DNA of 63,818 nucleotides, filler included, from Octopus bimaculoides (GCF_001194135.2; 6 parts of 6 records of this genome joined end to end with filler, not necessarily neighbours in it), one strand, 5' to 3'. Shown: positions 37,133-50,421, counted from the first letter of the whole stretch. Made by a program: numbers and translations. The notes: generated from the sequence alone by a model not told the origin.

Positions 37133-37650
37133 TGGCAGTGCTATCGAGAAGCACTGCTCGTGTTCGGGATAAGCTGTACAGGCATATGGCTCAAGAAACA
37201 CGGGGCCGACCTGCCCGAGATGCGGTCAGAGCGACGAAGCCGTTCTGCACGCACTCGTACAGTGTCCAACCATTTCTGACTTGTGGGCCTATGTCGAACG
37301 ACTGTGATCGCGTGTGGTACGAGTCAGTTTATCAACCGAGTCTATCGTAAATATTGTCGCGCCTCCTTCCTTGAAACGGGAAGGAAGACCCATTTTCATC
37401 GTACTTGTGACTGTGGCGAAAGAATGCGTATGGTGGACGGGTCTGAAAGGTCTAGAAAAAACACTTTCCTCTCTGGTGAGTCTCTCATCAACTTCTTCAA
37501 GTATCACTTGAAGAGGAAGGTGAGAGTAGAGAGGGAAGTTTTGTCTCGTGAATGTTTCAAAAAAAGATGGGTGAATGTAGCAAGGATGGCGTGTGTGAAT
37601 GACGGAGCCACCTTGAGCCTAATCCTATGAACCAAAATAAAAAAAAAAGA
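37133..37650 (+). mobile_element. 5'-truncated L1/Tx1-clade LINE, ORF2 C-terminal Zn-knuckle, short poly(A)
   Basis: Frameshifted WQCYREAL..VRDKLYRH / CPRCGQSDEAVLHALVQC (CCHC) / KECVWWT / FFKYHLKRKVRVE..RWVNVARM...LSLIL*, then aaaataaaaaaaaaa. Confidence 0.8.
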
Positions 37651-38465
37651 AAGGAAAACAGAGTCACTGTAATGCGTTTTTTTTTTGCATGATATTATTG
37701 CTCGAGGTTACCGTGGTCTTTTCCATAGACTTTTCTTTCCACGGATAAACCTAATCTGTTTCCCCTTTTTACATCATAACATTTCCGATACACGATCCCT
37801 GTTGATCGGCTTTTTTTAACGATCCCTTTTGATCGAATTNNNNNNNNNNNNNNNNNNNNNNNNNNNNNNNNNNNNNNNNNNNNNNNNNNNNNNNNNNNNN
37901 NNNNNNNNNNNNNNNNNNNNNNNNNNNNNNNNNNNNNNNNNNNNNNNNNNNNNNNNNNNNNNNNNNNNNNNNNNNNNNNNNNNNATATATATATGTATGT
38001 ATATTATATTATATTATATTATATTATATTATACTATATTATATTTTAAGATATAGGGATACACTTGACCGGTTTTACATTAGATTTTCAAATGTGTATT
38101 ATATATGGAGTTGTGTCTCGAATTATGTTTATTCTGGCCGTTGTTATAAAAGTAGTTTGTTTTAAATGTAGGAATATGGCTGGGAACGCTATCCGTCAGC
38201 GTACAAATTGATTCGTCAACGTTCATGTATTAAGCTCATGTGGTTGTCGCGCGAGAAATTCAAATAAAAGCTTTTCTCCATTGAATATGTCATACGACAA
38301 TTAGAAAAGAGAGATATGTATAAGTGATATAATGATTGTTTACATAAAAGTGTTAGAGATAATTATTGTTCATTATTCTGTCGAAGTATAATCATCAATT
38401 AGTGTTCAATTAGTGTTAGTTCACTCCCACTGAATATGTTTAGACATCCCTTCTTTGTCAAAAAG

Positions 38466-38762
38466 GCTCACTGGTTAGAGCGTCCGGATCATAATTATAA
38501 GGTAGTGATTCCGTTTCCCAGACCGGGATGTGTGTTGTGTTCTTGAGCAAGGCACTTTATTTCACGTTGCTCCAGTTCACTCAGCTGTAGAAATGAGTTC
38601 CGTTTGCCTTTCCTTTCGACAATACCGCTGGCGTGGTTAGAGGAGGCTGGGATGCATGGGCGACTGATGGTCTTCCATAAACAAGCTTTGCCCGGACTTG
38701 TGACTCGGGGGGGGGGAACTTCCTAAATACAATTCCATGGTCATTCATGACTGAAGGGGTCC
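38466..38762 (+). mobile_element. SINE family B, full length
   Basis: ggctcactggttagagcgtccg head, ttgagcaaggcactttatttcacgttgctccagttcactcagctgtagaaatgag body, catggtcattcatgactgaagggg tail. Confidence 0.8.
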
Positions 38763-39359
38763 GTTTATAACTGTTATCTCAGCTCTGTAGTGCCCGATAG
38801 AATATGTGCGTGGCTTTAAAAATAAGTTCTGTGGTCGACTGCTTTGACTAAAATTATTCAAGATGATGCCCCAGCATCTCGTTAACAGAGCTTTTATACG
38901 CATTTTCATGATGACCAGAAGAATGGATTGCCAATTTCTCGTTGCAGATTCAATAAAGTTCGTGATGGCCTCAAATTGAAGCACTTCCAACGAAAATGAG
39001 CAAAGAGAGTAGACAGTGCTACGAATTTGAACAACAAAGGTACCAAAAGATTGATTAAGTAACATACAGGATAAATTTTTCAAATAACGAAAATATCTTC
39101 TCTTAGAGAGAGGCCAAACAAGCACCTAGCGGTACTTACAACCCGCTCCGACTAAGAAGAAGAGATAATTGTTAAGAATCAATAATTTATCTCCTGAATG
39201 AAATTATCAAGGAAAAGAGAATATTGTTGGTTTCTTTTATCTTGAGATAATTGTGAAGCTGACAACGGGTGTTTACAGCGTTTTCTACCTCAATGGACAT
39301 CATCAGCACAGCATTGTCCAAATATACATACACACACATATACGCGCGCATACACACAC

Positions 39360-39401
<42 letters not shown>

Positions 39402-39795
39402 ATATATATATATANNNNNNNNNNNNNNNNNNNNNNNNNNNNNNNNNNNNNNNNNNNNNNNNNNNNNNNNNNNNNNNNNNNNNNNNNNNNNNNNNNNNNN
39501 NNNNNNNNNNNNNNNNNNNNNNNNNNNNNNNNNNNNNNNNNNNNNNNNNNNNNNNNNNNNNNNNNNNNNNNNNNNNNNNNNNNNNNNNNNNNNNNNNNNN
39601 NNNNNNNNNNNNNNNNNNNNNNNNNNNNNNNNNNNNNNNNNNNNNNATATATATACACGTACATGTGCGTGCGTGTGTACGGGTGAACGCATGCGTATAC
39701 GATTTATGTATACAATATTCTAAACAGTAGCTTTATCCAAATGTTGAATGAAACAAGCAAATATTATACACACACATACACACACATACACGCAC

Positions 39796-39841
<46 letters not shown>

Positions 39842-40365
39842 TCGCACATACGTATACAGAAGGAAAATTAATGAAAAGATAAGAAAAAACAATATCTCGG
39901 AAAAAGCAACAGAGAGGGAGGGGCGGGGAGAGGATGGCTATCTTAATGATAGTTATAATTTTAGTTTTTTCCTTCTTTTCATCTTTGGATTCTTTATCAC
40001 CGCTAGATGTCGCCACCTGCCAGATCAGGTGTCTTTAATGTTGAATACGTCTGCCATTGTTGCGATGCTAAACTCATTTGTCAGGAACAAAAACACGAGA
40101 GAAGAAAAAAGCTGTTTAAAGACACGGTTTCTTACATGTTTGGTTAAATGTATTGTGTTGTTTGTTTGTTATTTGTTTGGCACGGAAGAGAAAATGGAGG
40201 AGGCTCGATGTAATAAGAAGGGATTGATAGAAAAGCGGGCGTAGAGCCAAGCAAATATGTGTGTGTGTGTGTACTTATGTTTGTATGTATACAGAGACAC
40301 ACACCCACATACACACACGCACAAATACGCACAATTATAAACATATATACATACGTATATATATA

Positions 40366-40408
<43 letters not shown>

Positions 40409-41010
40409 NNNNNNNNNNNNNNNNNNNNNNNNNNNNNNNNNNNNNNNNNNNNNNNNNNNNNNNNNNNNNNNNNNNNNNNNNNNNNNNNNNNNNNNNNNNN
40501 NNNNNNNNNNNNNNNNNNNNNNNNNNNNNNNNNNNNNNNNNNNNNNNNNNNNNNNNNNNNNNNNNNNNNNNNNNNNNNNNNNNNNNNNNNNNNNNNNNNN
40601 NNNNNNNNNNNNNNNNNNNNNNNNNNNNNNNNNNNNNNNNNNNNNNNNNNNNNNNNNNNNNNNNNNNNNNNNNNNNNNNNNNNNNNNNNNNNNNNNNNNN
40701 NNNNNNNNNNNNNNNNNNNNNNNNNNNNNNNNNNNNNNNNNNNNNNNNNNNNNNNNNNNNNNNNNNNNNNNNNNNNNNNNNNNNNNNNNNNNNNNNNNNN
40801 NNNNNNNNNNNNNNNNNNNNNNNNNNNNNNNNNNNNNNNNNNNNNNNNNNNNNNNNNNNNNNNNNNNNNNNNNNNNNNNNNNNNNNNNNNNNNNNNNNNN
40901 NNNNNNNNNNNNNNNNNNNNNNNNNNNNNNNNNNNNNNNNNNNNNNNNNNNNNNNNNNTATATATATATATATATATATATATCACATATATATATATAT
41001 CGTGTATATA

Positions 41011-41042
<32 letters not shown>

Positions 41043-41471
41043 CGTATGTATATACACGACAGTGCTATGCAATGCATTATAGAAATAATATACATCTATA
41101 TGTGTGTGTCCGCATCTGTGTGGAAAGAGATAGGAATGGAAATAAAGTTGAGGCGGAGATATACAAAGTTACATTGTAAGAAGAGACGAAAGGCAGAAGA
41201 GATGATACATAAAAGAAAATAACAGAATTATTGTTTATTGGATAAAAATAAGGGAATTATGAGAGAAGAGAGGGGATTGGTGGAAAAGAAAGTGTTTTGA
41301 AATATAGGGATCAGGATGGCAGGGATTGAACAATGGGAAGAAATTGTGGAAAAAAGGCCTAGAGAAATTGTAGGGGAAAATAGATAGATAGATAGATAGA
41401 TAGATACATTTCTTTTATTAGCCGATAGACAGACAAACAGACAGACAAAACAGACAGACAGACAGACAGAC

Positions 41472-41518
<47 letters not shown>

Positions 41519-42429
41519 CAGATACTGAAAAACACATGGGACGCTCGGTCTGCGAAGACGTTTTTGGCCGAGTGACGAAAAGTTATGATTTTGTTGAAAC
41601 GTCTCAAAGAGCTGTTGTAGATATACATTACAGAAGAACTGGTTGTGTATATATATTATTGAAGAACAGTTGTATATATCTATTACTGTGATCTACAATA
41701 CACGAACATCAACAATAACGATAACAATAACAACAACTAAAAGAAAAAAAGAGCAACAGCTTCAACAACAATCGACAACGGAGCGCGTTCTTTTGTAATA
41801 GAAGCAATTTTGAAGATTTTTCCCTTTTTTTTTTAAATGGAAAAAAGAATGTGACATCTTAAAAAGGATTAAATAGTGGTGGTGATAGAAGCAACGGCGG
41901 CGTCGGCGTCGGTGGGGAGATCAATTAGAAGCTGGGGTAACGGCGGGGTAGGGGCTGAGACAATGGTGTTGCATTTTCATTGAGTGAGATGCTTTCTAAT
42001 GGCTTCGGCACCTGTGTTTAGTGGGGGAAGCTTCTTGTTGTGGCTGTTACTGAAACAGGGAAATGTCATGAAGCCATAGAATGCGTGTGTATGAGTGTGT
42101 GTGTGTGTGTGCATGTTTGTGTGTGATATATTCATATATACACATGCATACATACATACATACAAACATACATACATTGTCATAAATATGCACACTCATA
42201 TATATGTATGTATAGTAGCAGTTATATATATGTATCATTTTTAAAAAGCTTGATTCGGTTCAATGCGACTTAAAGTTTCGCAGGCCTCTAACAAACGCCC
42301 ATCTCTTTCTTTTACTTGTTTGAGTCAGTAGACTGCGTCCATGCTGGGGCACCGCTTTGAAGAATTTTTAGCCGAATCGACCCCAGTACTTTTCTTTTCT
42401 TTTTTCTTTGCATTTTTTTTTTTTAATGT

Positions 42430-42612
42430 TTGGTGCACGCCGGACAAAATGCTCAGCGGTAGTTCGTCCGTCTTTAATTATTCATTTCAAATTCCGTCGA
42501 AGTCGATTTTACCTTTCATCCTTTCGGGGGTCGATAAGATAAGTACCACTGGAGCCCTGAGATGGATGTAATCGACTGGCTCTTTCCCCTAAAACTTCAA
42601 GCCTGGTGCCTA
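42430..42612 (+). mobile_element. SINE family D
   Basis: cacgccggacaaaatgctcagcggt...gtcgattttacctttcatcctttcgggggtcgataag. Confidence 0.8.
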
Positions 42613-42973
42613 TAGAAGAAAGCAATAGACAAATATAAACCTACATGTGTGTGTGCGTGTGTATGTGTGTGGCGGGGGTGTAAACGTACATAGCAAATAC
42701 AAGTATTTCTCCGTAGATTCAATAAATGATGGACTGCTTTAATCGATTTTCGATTTTTATTGGAGTTTCATCAGAAGTGTCTCACAGAAATCAGTTGCCA
42801 ATCTGTCTGTGTAGAGAACAGAGAGAGAGGGGGTGGTAGGTAGGTAGGTAGGTAGGTAGGTAGGTAGGTAGGTAGGTAGGTAGATAGATGATAGATTGAG
42901 AGAGAAGAGATACATACATACATACATACATACATACATACATACATACATACATACATACATACATACATAC

Positions 42974-43515
42974 GTAGAGAAGAGAAAGTGTGCACAGTTG
43001 TGGAAATTGACTGCCCAGCGGATGTTAACATAAGGCTGATCAGTGAAAAAGAGAACACCTATGCTGAACTGTTGAGAAATCTGCAGTTACTCTATCCAGA
43101 TTATAAATTCAGGTTTATACCTGTAATTATTGGGGCCCTGGGACATGTAACAAACTGCTTAAATACTAGTCTTGAGAAATTAGGCTTCTCGAAACCAGAA
43201 AGGAGAAAGCTGATTCGAAGACTAGAGATCCAATCCATCACTGGAACTGTAAAAATCTGTAAAACTTTCCAGAAGTTTATCATTTAAATATATATAAGCA
43301 TGTCTCGATATGTAACTATATGCATGAGAATGCATACATAAAACATACATACATACATACGTACGTATATACATACATACATACATACATACAAATATAC
43401 AAACAAAAATACCCTATTGTTGATGTTGAAATTCCAATGAAGGCGTCTTGGATCTAGGTTAGAAACCGGTTCTTTCTCTATTGGTAAGAAATCTTGAAAT
43501 AAACAGAATAATGAC
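42974..43515 (+). mobile_element. 5'-truncated non-LTR retrotransposon with restriction-like endonuclease (R4/Dong-like), flanked by (TACA)n
   Basis: Uninterrupted REEKVCTVVEIDCPADVNI..ISEKENTYAEL...IPVIIGALGHV...LG...GTVKICKTF* (42976-43287); 3' UTR with AATAAA at 43498; (TACA)n at 42910-42973 and 43516-43566. Confidence 0.8.
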
Positions 43516-44326
43516 ATACATACATACATACATACATACATACATACATACATACATACATACATACGCACTCCTTAACCTTACTATCCTTGTCTCACAA
43601 ATCGAAGCGCCATTTTACTTATTCTTACTCAAATACAATTTACCCTTCCATAGTACGAAGAACCATTATTCCTTCCAGCTCGACCCACATCAGGGTAGAT
43701 TATAATACCCGTCTTCAGATTTCAGGGCGGGTCCACTGCCCTAAAAACTTGTGATCTTATAAACTTCAACATATTAACTGATACAGACATACACCTAATA
43801 TATATATATNNNNNNNNNNNNNNNNNNNNNNNNNNNNNNNNNNNNNNNNNNNNNNNNNNNNNNNNNNNNNNNNNNNNNNNNNNNNNNNNNNNNNNNNNNN
43901 NNNNNNNNNNNNNNNNNNNNNNNNNNNNNNNNNNNNNNNNNNNNNNNNNNNNNNNNNNNNNNNNNNNNNNNNNNNNNNNNNNNNNNNNNNNNNNNNNNNN
44001 NNNNNNNNNNNNNNNNNNNNNNNNNNNNNNNNNNNNNNNNNNNNNNNNNNNNNNNNNNNNNNNNNNNNNNNGCGTATATCTCTATATGTATATATATAGT
44101 TGTATATGTGTGTGTATGTATTTGTGTGAGTGTGAATATCTGTGAGTGTATGCGTTTGTGGGTGTATGTGCAAGCCTATTTGTGTGTATGTTTATGAGGG
44201 GGGGGGGTTGTATGTGTAACTGATGGGCGTATTTATCTATTTCTGTATGTGTGTGTGTGTGTGTGTGTGTGTGAATGTGTATGCATATATATGTGTACTT
44301 ATATGTGTCTATTTGTGTGAATGTGG

Positions 44327-44357
<31 letters not shown>

Positions 44358-44495
44358 AGTGTGTGGATGTATATGTATGCTTGAGAATGTGAGTCTGTGT
44401 CTGTAAGCAGATCTCTATGTGTGTGTGTATGTGTGTGTGTACATTTGTGAATGTGTGAGTTTATGTATCTGTGAACGGATCTCTATATGTGTGTG

Positions 44496-44527
<32 letters not shown>

Positions 44528-44786
44528 ATGATGTGAAGTGGGCTTCAAAGCCTTGACAAGAGTATAAAAGTAACGTTAGTACCAAATATTTCATCAGGTT
44601 GATAAATAGCATTGCACGGTAGCGGTTGCGGCAGTGGTTGTAGTAGTGTTGGTGATAGTGGTAGTTGCGGTTGTGGTTGTGGTTGTAGTTGAGTCTGTGT
44701 TGGTGGTAGTGGTATCGGTGGTGGTGTTTGTTGGTACTGAGAATTTTGATTTTCACCGCAGATCAACATTTAACAGCAAAAATTCA

Positions 44787-45024
44787 AGTGATTCCCAACC
44801 ATTTTTGGCCCCTCTGGACCCCTTTGATTCCCATTTTACTTAACTGGACCCCCATAGCCATTCGGTGTTTAAAAGAAAATCCTATTTATATAATTAAATA
44901 TTATTAGGGATTCTATAGAAAATTGTTAAAATATTTTGTGTATCGTAGGAGCATAACCTATTTATTGCGCAACAATTTTAACAAAATCTTATATGGACCC
45001 TCAAGGACCTAATTGAGAACCACT
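44787..45024. mobile_element. hAT (Charlie-like) MITE
   Basis: Termini caagtgattcccaacc and aattgagaaccactg resemble CAGTGGTTCCCAACC / GGTTGAGAACCACTG. Confidence 0.6.
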
Positions 45025-45119
45025 GAGTTAAATCTTTGTTTGATTTATCAAGAATGTTAGATTTATCAAGAGCTGCAGTAAATGGATTTCTTTAATATCA
45101 GATTCATTGTTCTTCCGAT

Positions 45120-45397
45120 TTGTAATCCTAACACTGAAAGAACAGCTCAGAAATGGTTTTCGCACTAAAAAGAAGAGAAATTTGACCTCACTGCTTCTCC
45201 GTGATTTGCTTCAATTCAATGAGGACCGATTGAACTTGTTCATCCACGATAAGCCATGCCAATCCAGTGGGGAATTGGCCCCGCAGATGGGATGCTCTCA
45301 CGGTACCGTCACCCGTCAACTTTACTGAAGTCCAAACGACCCGACCGGTGACACGGTGAGTTTCTTCAACGTGACAAATCTCTCCCTCACACACACA

Positions 45398-45445
<48 letters not shown>

Positions 45446-45640
45446 CGCACACACGCACTCACGCCGCTTATTTGTCCAGAAAAGCTATTCAAGAGCTTGG
45501 ATGGGAAGCTCTATCTTGCCCGCCATATTCTCCTGATAGAGCGTATCGGACGACTGTTTTATGGTTGCTCTCCAACAGTCAGCGAGGTGTTTCGTTCAAC
45601 AACAACGTGGAGCTGAAACATGGACCCATGAATCTTTCAA
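45120..45640 (+). mobile_element. Mariner transposase remnants
   Basis: ERTAQKWF...FNEDRLNLFIHDKPCQSSGELAPQMGCSHGTVTRQL (HTH) and SRKAIQELGWEALSCPPYSPDRA (YSPDL motif), split by (CA)n. Confidence 0.75.
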
Positions 45641-45720
45641 ATGACGACTCAATTATTTCTATCGTCAAAGCAGTAACAAACCAATGGCAAGATGTGAACA
45701 ATGGAAAATATATCATTGGC

Positions 45721-46131
45721 TTTTACATGTTCTTGTGGTGCAACCTCTCTTATGTTATTGATGTGTTATTGCATGGTCTGGATATCTGCAGGCTGTCTAC
45801 CGATATTCTGCCTAACTTGTCTGTAGAGAGGCACACTATTTCATTGTTCCAAACGCGTTATTTTTTTTTCCAGGCCTTTATCGACCGTTGTACTTCCATC
45901 TCTAGGAAGCATAGTGAGGTGGATGACCATCAATTCGGTACAACGGTCACTAAAGCTCTACAAAAATTAAGACACCGCGTTTGGAACAATGAAATGTGTG
46001 CTTCTTTACAGCCATGTCCGGCAGAATGTCGGTAGACAGCCAGCAAAATTATGTCGGTAGACAGCCAGCAAAATTATGTCCAGACCAGGCATCGATAACA
46101 TGAGAGAGATTGCACTATAGGGACATGAAAA
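45721..46131. mobile_element. About 410-bp fold-back element with ~175-bp arms
   Basis: ggctgtctaccgatattctgcc...tttcattgttccaaacgcg...gaccgttgtac (to 45893) pairs with gtacaacggtc (45938)...cgcgtttggaacaatgaaa...ggcagaatgtcggtagacagcc; outer catgtt/gtgcaa/ctctc motifs also pair. Confidence 0.8.
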
Positions 46132-47858
46132 AATAGAGAAACTTCTCAATGCACACGTAGGAATGCTGCAAGATACCCAAATCTAAAAATCGCACTGCAC
46201 ATATCATTATCGTCTGATTTTTTAAAAAGAAATTGCTGATAAAAAATAAGGAAATAAATGGAAAACGGATTAATTTCTCTGACAAAGTCTCGATTTATAC
46301 TTGCTGCTTCAAAACAAGTTTCATTTCCAGATTTTATCGTTTCATATTATCTGGAACGAACAAGCTCACTTCATTTTCACAGCCGTTTAAAGGAGATAAA
46401 TAATGAAAATAATAAAAAGATGCTCAATGAAAACAGAAAAGACGTTGACCAAATACTGTGCTTTGCGAGACTGACAAATCATTTTGACGCAAACAACTCG
46501 ACCTATGTATGTCAGGAACAACAGAGTGAGTGAGAAGATGTTAATGGAAGCATAGAACGGAGAAAAAAAACACACCAAATTAAGGCTCGAACTAATCAAA
46601 TTCTTAAACTCCAACTTTTTAATCAGGGCAAAATAGTCCGACAATATAAGAGTTGGCGAGAGGGAAGTTCGAGCCGATATTGAGAAGTAAAGATGGACAA
46701 ACAATTATAGACGAAAGGAATTCATTTACATGAGATGCTTTGTGTATATGTATATATATATATATATNNNNNNNNNNNNNNNNNNNNNNNNNNNNNNNNN
46801 NNNNNNNNNNNNNNNNNNNNNNNNNNNNNNNNNNNNNNNNNNNNNNNNNNNNNNNNNNNNNNNNNNNNNNNNNNNNNNNNNNNNNNNNNNNNNNNNNNNN
46901 NNNNNNNNNNNNNNNNNNNNNNNNNNNNNNNNNNNNNNNNNNNNNNNNNNNNNNNNNNNNNNNNNNNNNNNNNNNNNNNNNNNNNNNNNNNNNNNNNNNN
47001 NNNNNNNNNNNNNNNNNNNNNNNNNNNNNNNNNNNNNNNNNNNNNNNNNNNNNNNNNNNNNNNNNNNNNNNNNNNNNNNNNNNNNNNNNNNNNNNNNNNN
47101 NNNNNNNNNNNNNNNNNNNNNNNNNNNNNNNNNNNNNNNNNNNNNNNNNNNNNNNNNNNNNNNNNNNNNNNNNNNNNNNNNNNNNNNNNNNNNNNNNNNN
47201 NNNNNNNNNNNNNNNNNNNNNNNNNNNNNNNNNNNNNNNNNNNNNNNNNNNNNNNNNNNNNNNNNNNNNNNNNNNNNNNNNNNNNNNNNNNNNNNNNNNN
47301 NNNNNNNNNNNNNNNNNNNNNNNNNNNNNNNNNNNNNNNNNNNNNNNNNNNNNNNNNNNNNNNNNNNNNNNNNNNNNNNNNNNNNNNNNNNNNNNNNNNN
47401 NNNNNNNNNNNNNNNNNNNNNNNNNNNNNNNNNNNNNNNNNNNNNNNNNNNNNNNNNNNNNNNNNNNNNNNNNNNNNNNNNNNNNNNNNNNNNNNNNNNN
47501 NNNNNNNNNNNNNNNNNNNNNNNNNNNNNNNNNNNNNNNNNNNNNNNNNNNNNNNNNNNNNNNNNNNNNNNNNNNNNNNNNNNNNNNNNNNNNNNNNNNN
47601 NNNNNNNNNNNNNNNNNNNNNNNNNNNNNNNNNNNNNNNNNNNNNNNNNNNNNNNNNNNNNNNNNNNNNNNNNNNNNNNNNNNNNNNNNNNNNNNNNNNN
47701 NNNNNNNNNNNNNNNNNNNNNNNNNNNNNNNNNNNNNNNNNNNNNNNNNNNNGAAATTGTGTCACGTAAATTGTTAGTAAACTGTAAGAAAGCAACAAAC
47801 TATTAACGAGGGAATATGTGTAAACAGAAAAGGAAGAGCGGGAGGAGGAGGCAGAAGA

Positions 47859-47941
47859 GGAGAAGAAGAAGAAGAAGAAGAAGAAGAAGAAGAAGAAGAA
47901 GAAGAAGAAGAAGAAGAAGAAGAAGAAGAAGAAGAAGAAGA
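47859..47941. repeat. (GAA)n microsatellite
   Basis: Direct reading. Confidence 0.95.
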
Positions 47942-48275
47942 ATCTAGAAGAAGAAGAGGAGGGCAAGAGTACCATTATTTCACGTGGAAAATGGCGTTGA
48001 AGAATGTCACTGACGGATCCACACGAGAAAAGTATTTAAGCAATCTGGCGGCGTTGGTCAGTAAATCAAGATAAAAAAATATTTGGGGGGGAAAAAAAGG
48101 GGGAGTGTTAAAGGGAGGTGTGACGAATTCCTTGATTTCACAGCAAAATTCTCGGCATAGACGAAATGGAGACGTCGATTAGTAGAGGCAGTTGTTTGAT
48201 AAAATAACAAGACGGGAAGAGAGAAAGAAAGAAAATAAGCATGTCATGGGTGTAAAAGAACCATGAATAATAATA

Positions 48276-48315
<40 letters not shown>

Positions 48316-49110
48316 TAATAATAATAATGATACCTTGAGCAATGTCAACAACAGCAACATCAACATTATCAAGGGGATAGATCGGTTTTCTCGGCTCGTG
48401 CTGGAGCTTAAATACTAATGAATTTTAGCGGGGTTTTTGCCTGTTTTTATTTCCCCCAGACCCTTTAACGGTAACACAACTAGTCGTGGTGGTGGTGGTG
48501 GTGGTGGCGGCGGCTGTAGTGGTGGCGGTGGGAGTAGAGTAGTTGTGGTGGTTGTGATGGTGGTACTGGTGGTTGTAGTAGTAGTAGTAGTAGTAGTCGT
48601 GATCAGCGAGGGAAAGATCCAAACTGGAGACTCTATGGTAGTTATTCTATCGTTTCTTATTTTGCCGAACCTCTAGTGTTACGGGGATATAAACAAACTA
48701 ACACCGGTTATAGTAAAATGAAGCATTACTGCTTCGTTTTACCTGGGGCAAAAATCTCAAAATCCAAGAAAAACGGTGATGATGTGAAATCAGCCAGAAT
48801 TAGTCCAAAGAAATATTCTCCCATGTTCGATCAGTCTTCTTGAATGTTCGATCAGCTACATCTTCTGTTGTAGAATGAAGAATATAGAGTTTTGGTCCAT
48901 TCCAAGATTCTCTTGTTTACGCTAAAAACGCTCGACTTTTTTTTTTTTTTTTTTTGAAATCTTGCTAGAACCGAAACTTACCTTTCTTATTTCCAAAGTA
49001 GATTTTAACCACCTTGGGCAAATATCTTCTATTATAGTCCCGGGCCGGTCAATGCCTCATTGCCTTGTGAGTGAATTTGGTAAATGGAAACTGTGTGGAA
49101 GCCTGTCGTC

Positions 49111-49146
<36 letters not shown>

Positions 49147-49705
49147 CGCTTGTCTTTGGCCCGTCTTACTACACCGCTTAACAACCGAATTTTTGGTTGT
49201 TATAGTGGTTCGGCGTAACATAGAGGTTACTGTGTTGCACCCACGATCACAAGATCGTGGTTTCGATCGCTGGACTGGGCGGTGCGTTGTGATGTGAAGA
49301 GTGAGTGCTAAAGGAGGCGGAGGGGGATGACAAATTCCTCGAGTTCACAGCAAATTCTCAGCATAGACGAAATGCAGATGTCGTTTAGCAGAGGCAGATG
49401 TTTGATAAAATAACACGATGGGAAGACAAAAAAAAAAATAATAATAAGCATGTCTTAAGTGTAAAGAACCATAAATAAAATAGTAATAACAACAACAACA
49501 ACAATAATTTTTATTAGCCACAGTGGGGTGGCAGATGAGGGGGATATCATATGGACAGACTACAATTTGTCTGGGTATTTAGGTAAAGGATGGGGAGAAA
49601 ATGGAAAAGACAGTAAAATGCAATTAAAGTCCATAGATACATTCCAAAATTCCTCTCAATAGGTGAAAATCCACGAAGTAGATACACTACTGTACTGTAC
49701 ATTTT

Positions 49706-50421
49706 TACCTCGGCCTTCGCTAAAAGGCGGAGGTATTGTTTTCAGTTGTGTTTGTTTGTTTGACCGTAGACAAAATATCTCAAGAACTGCTGGATGGATT
49801 CGGATGAAACTTTCAGGGATGTTTGGCCTTGTGACTGGCTCGAACTGATTAGATTTTGGCATCGATCCAGTACCGGACAATAATTCTGGATTATTTTTCC
49901 TGTCTTTTTACTTAATTTTTGAGAGCGGTCGGGTTCATTTTTAGTATTCTCGTTTGTGAGAGCAGTCGAGTTTATTTCAGATATTCTCATTTTAAGAATC
50001 ATCTCCGGCTAATCGCTGAGAGGACGTTGGTGTTGCCTTGGCGGAGGTTTGCGCTCTCTGAGTGCTCTTGTTATCCTTATTATTACCTCCGCCTTAGCGA
50101 AGGCGGAGGTTTTGTTTCCAGTTGTATTTGTTTGTTTGTTTGTCTGTGAACAAATTTCAAGAACCACTGCATGGATTCGGATGAAACTTTCAGGGATGTT
50201 TGGCCTCGTGACTGGCACGAAGTGATTAGATTTTGAGATCGATCCAGTACCGGACAAGGATTCTGGATTATTTTTCCGTTTTTTTTTTTTTTTTTTTTTT
50301 TACCTAATTTTTGAGAGCAGTCAGGTTCATTTTTAATATTCTCGTTTGTGAGAGAAGTCCAGTTTATTTCACATATTGGTGTTGCCGTGGCGGAGGCTTC
50401 CGCTCTCTGAGCGCTTTTGTT
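49706..50421 (+). mobile_element. Two head-to-tail Helentron-associated (DINE-1/HINE-like) non-autonomous elements (49706-50072, 50084-50421)
   Basis: Each has 5' tacct(c/g)gcc with adjacent partial inverted repeat ggcggagg, a (GTTT)n core, 3' subterminal ggcggagg and a terminal hairpin gcgctctctgag(t/c)gc followed by a T-run. Confidence 0.7.
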
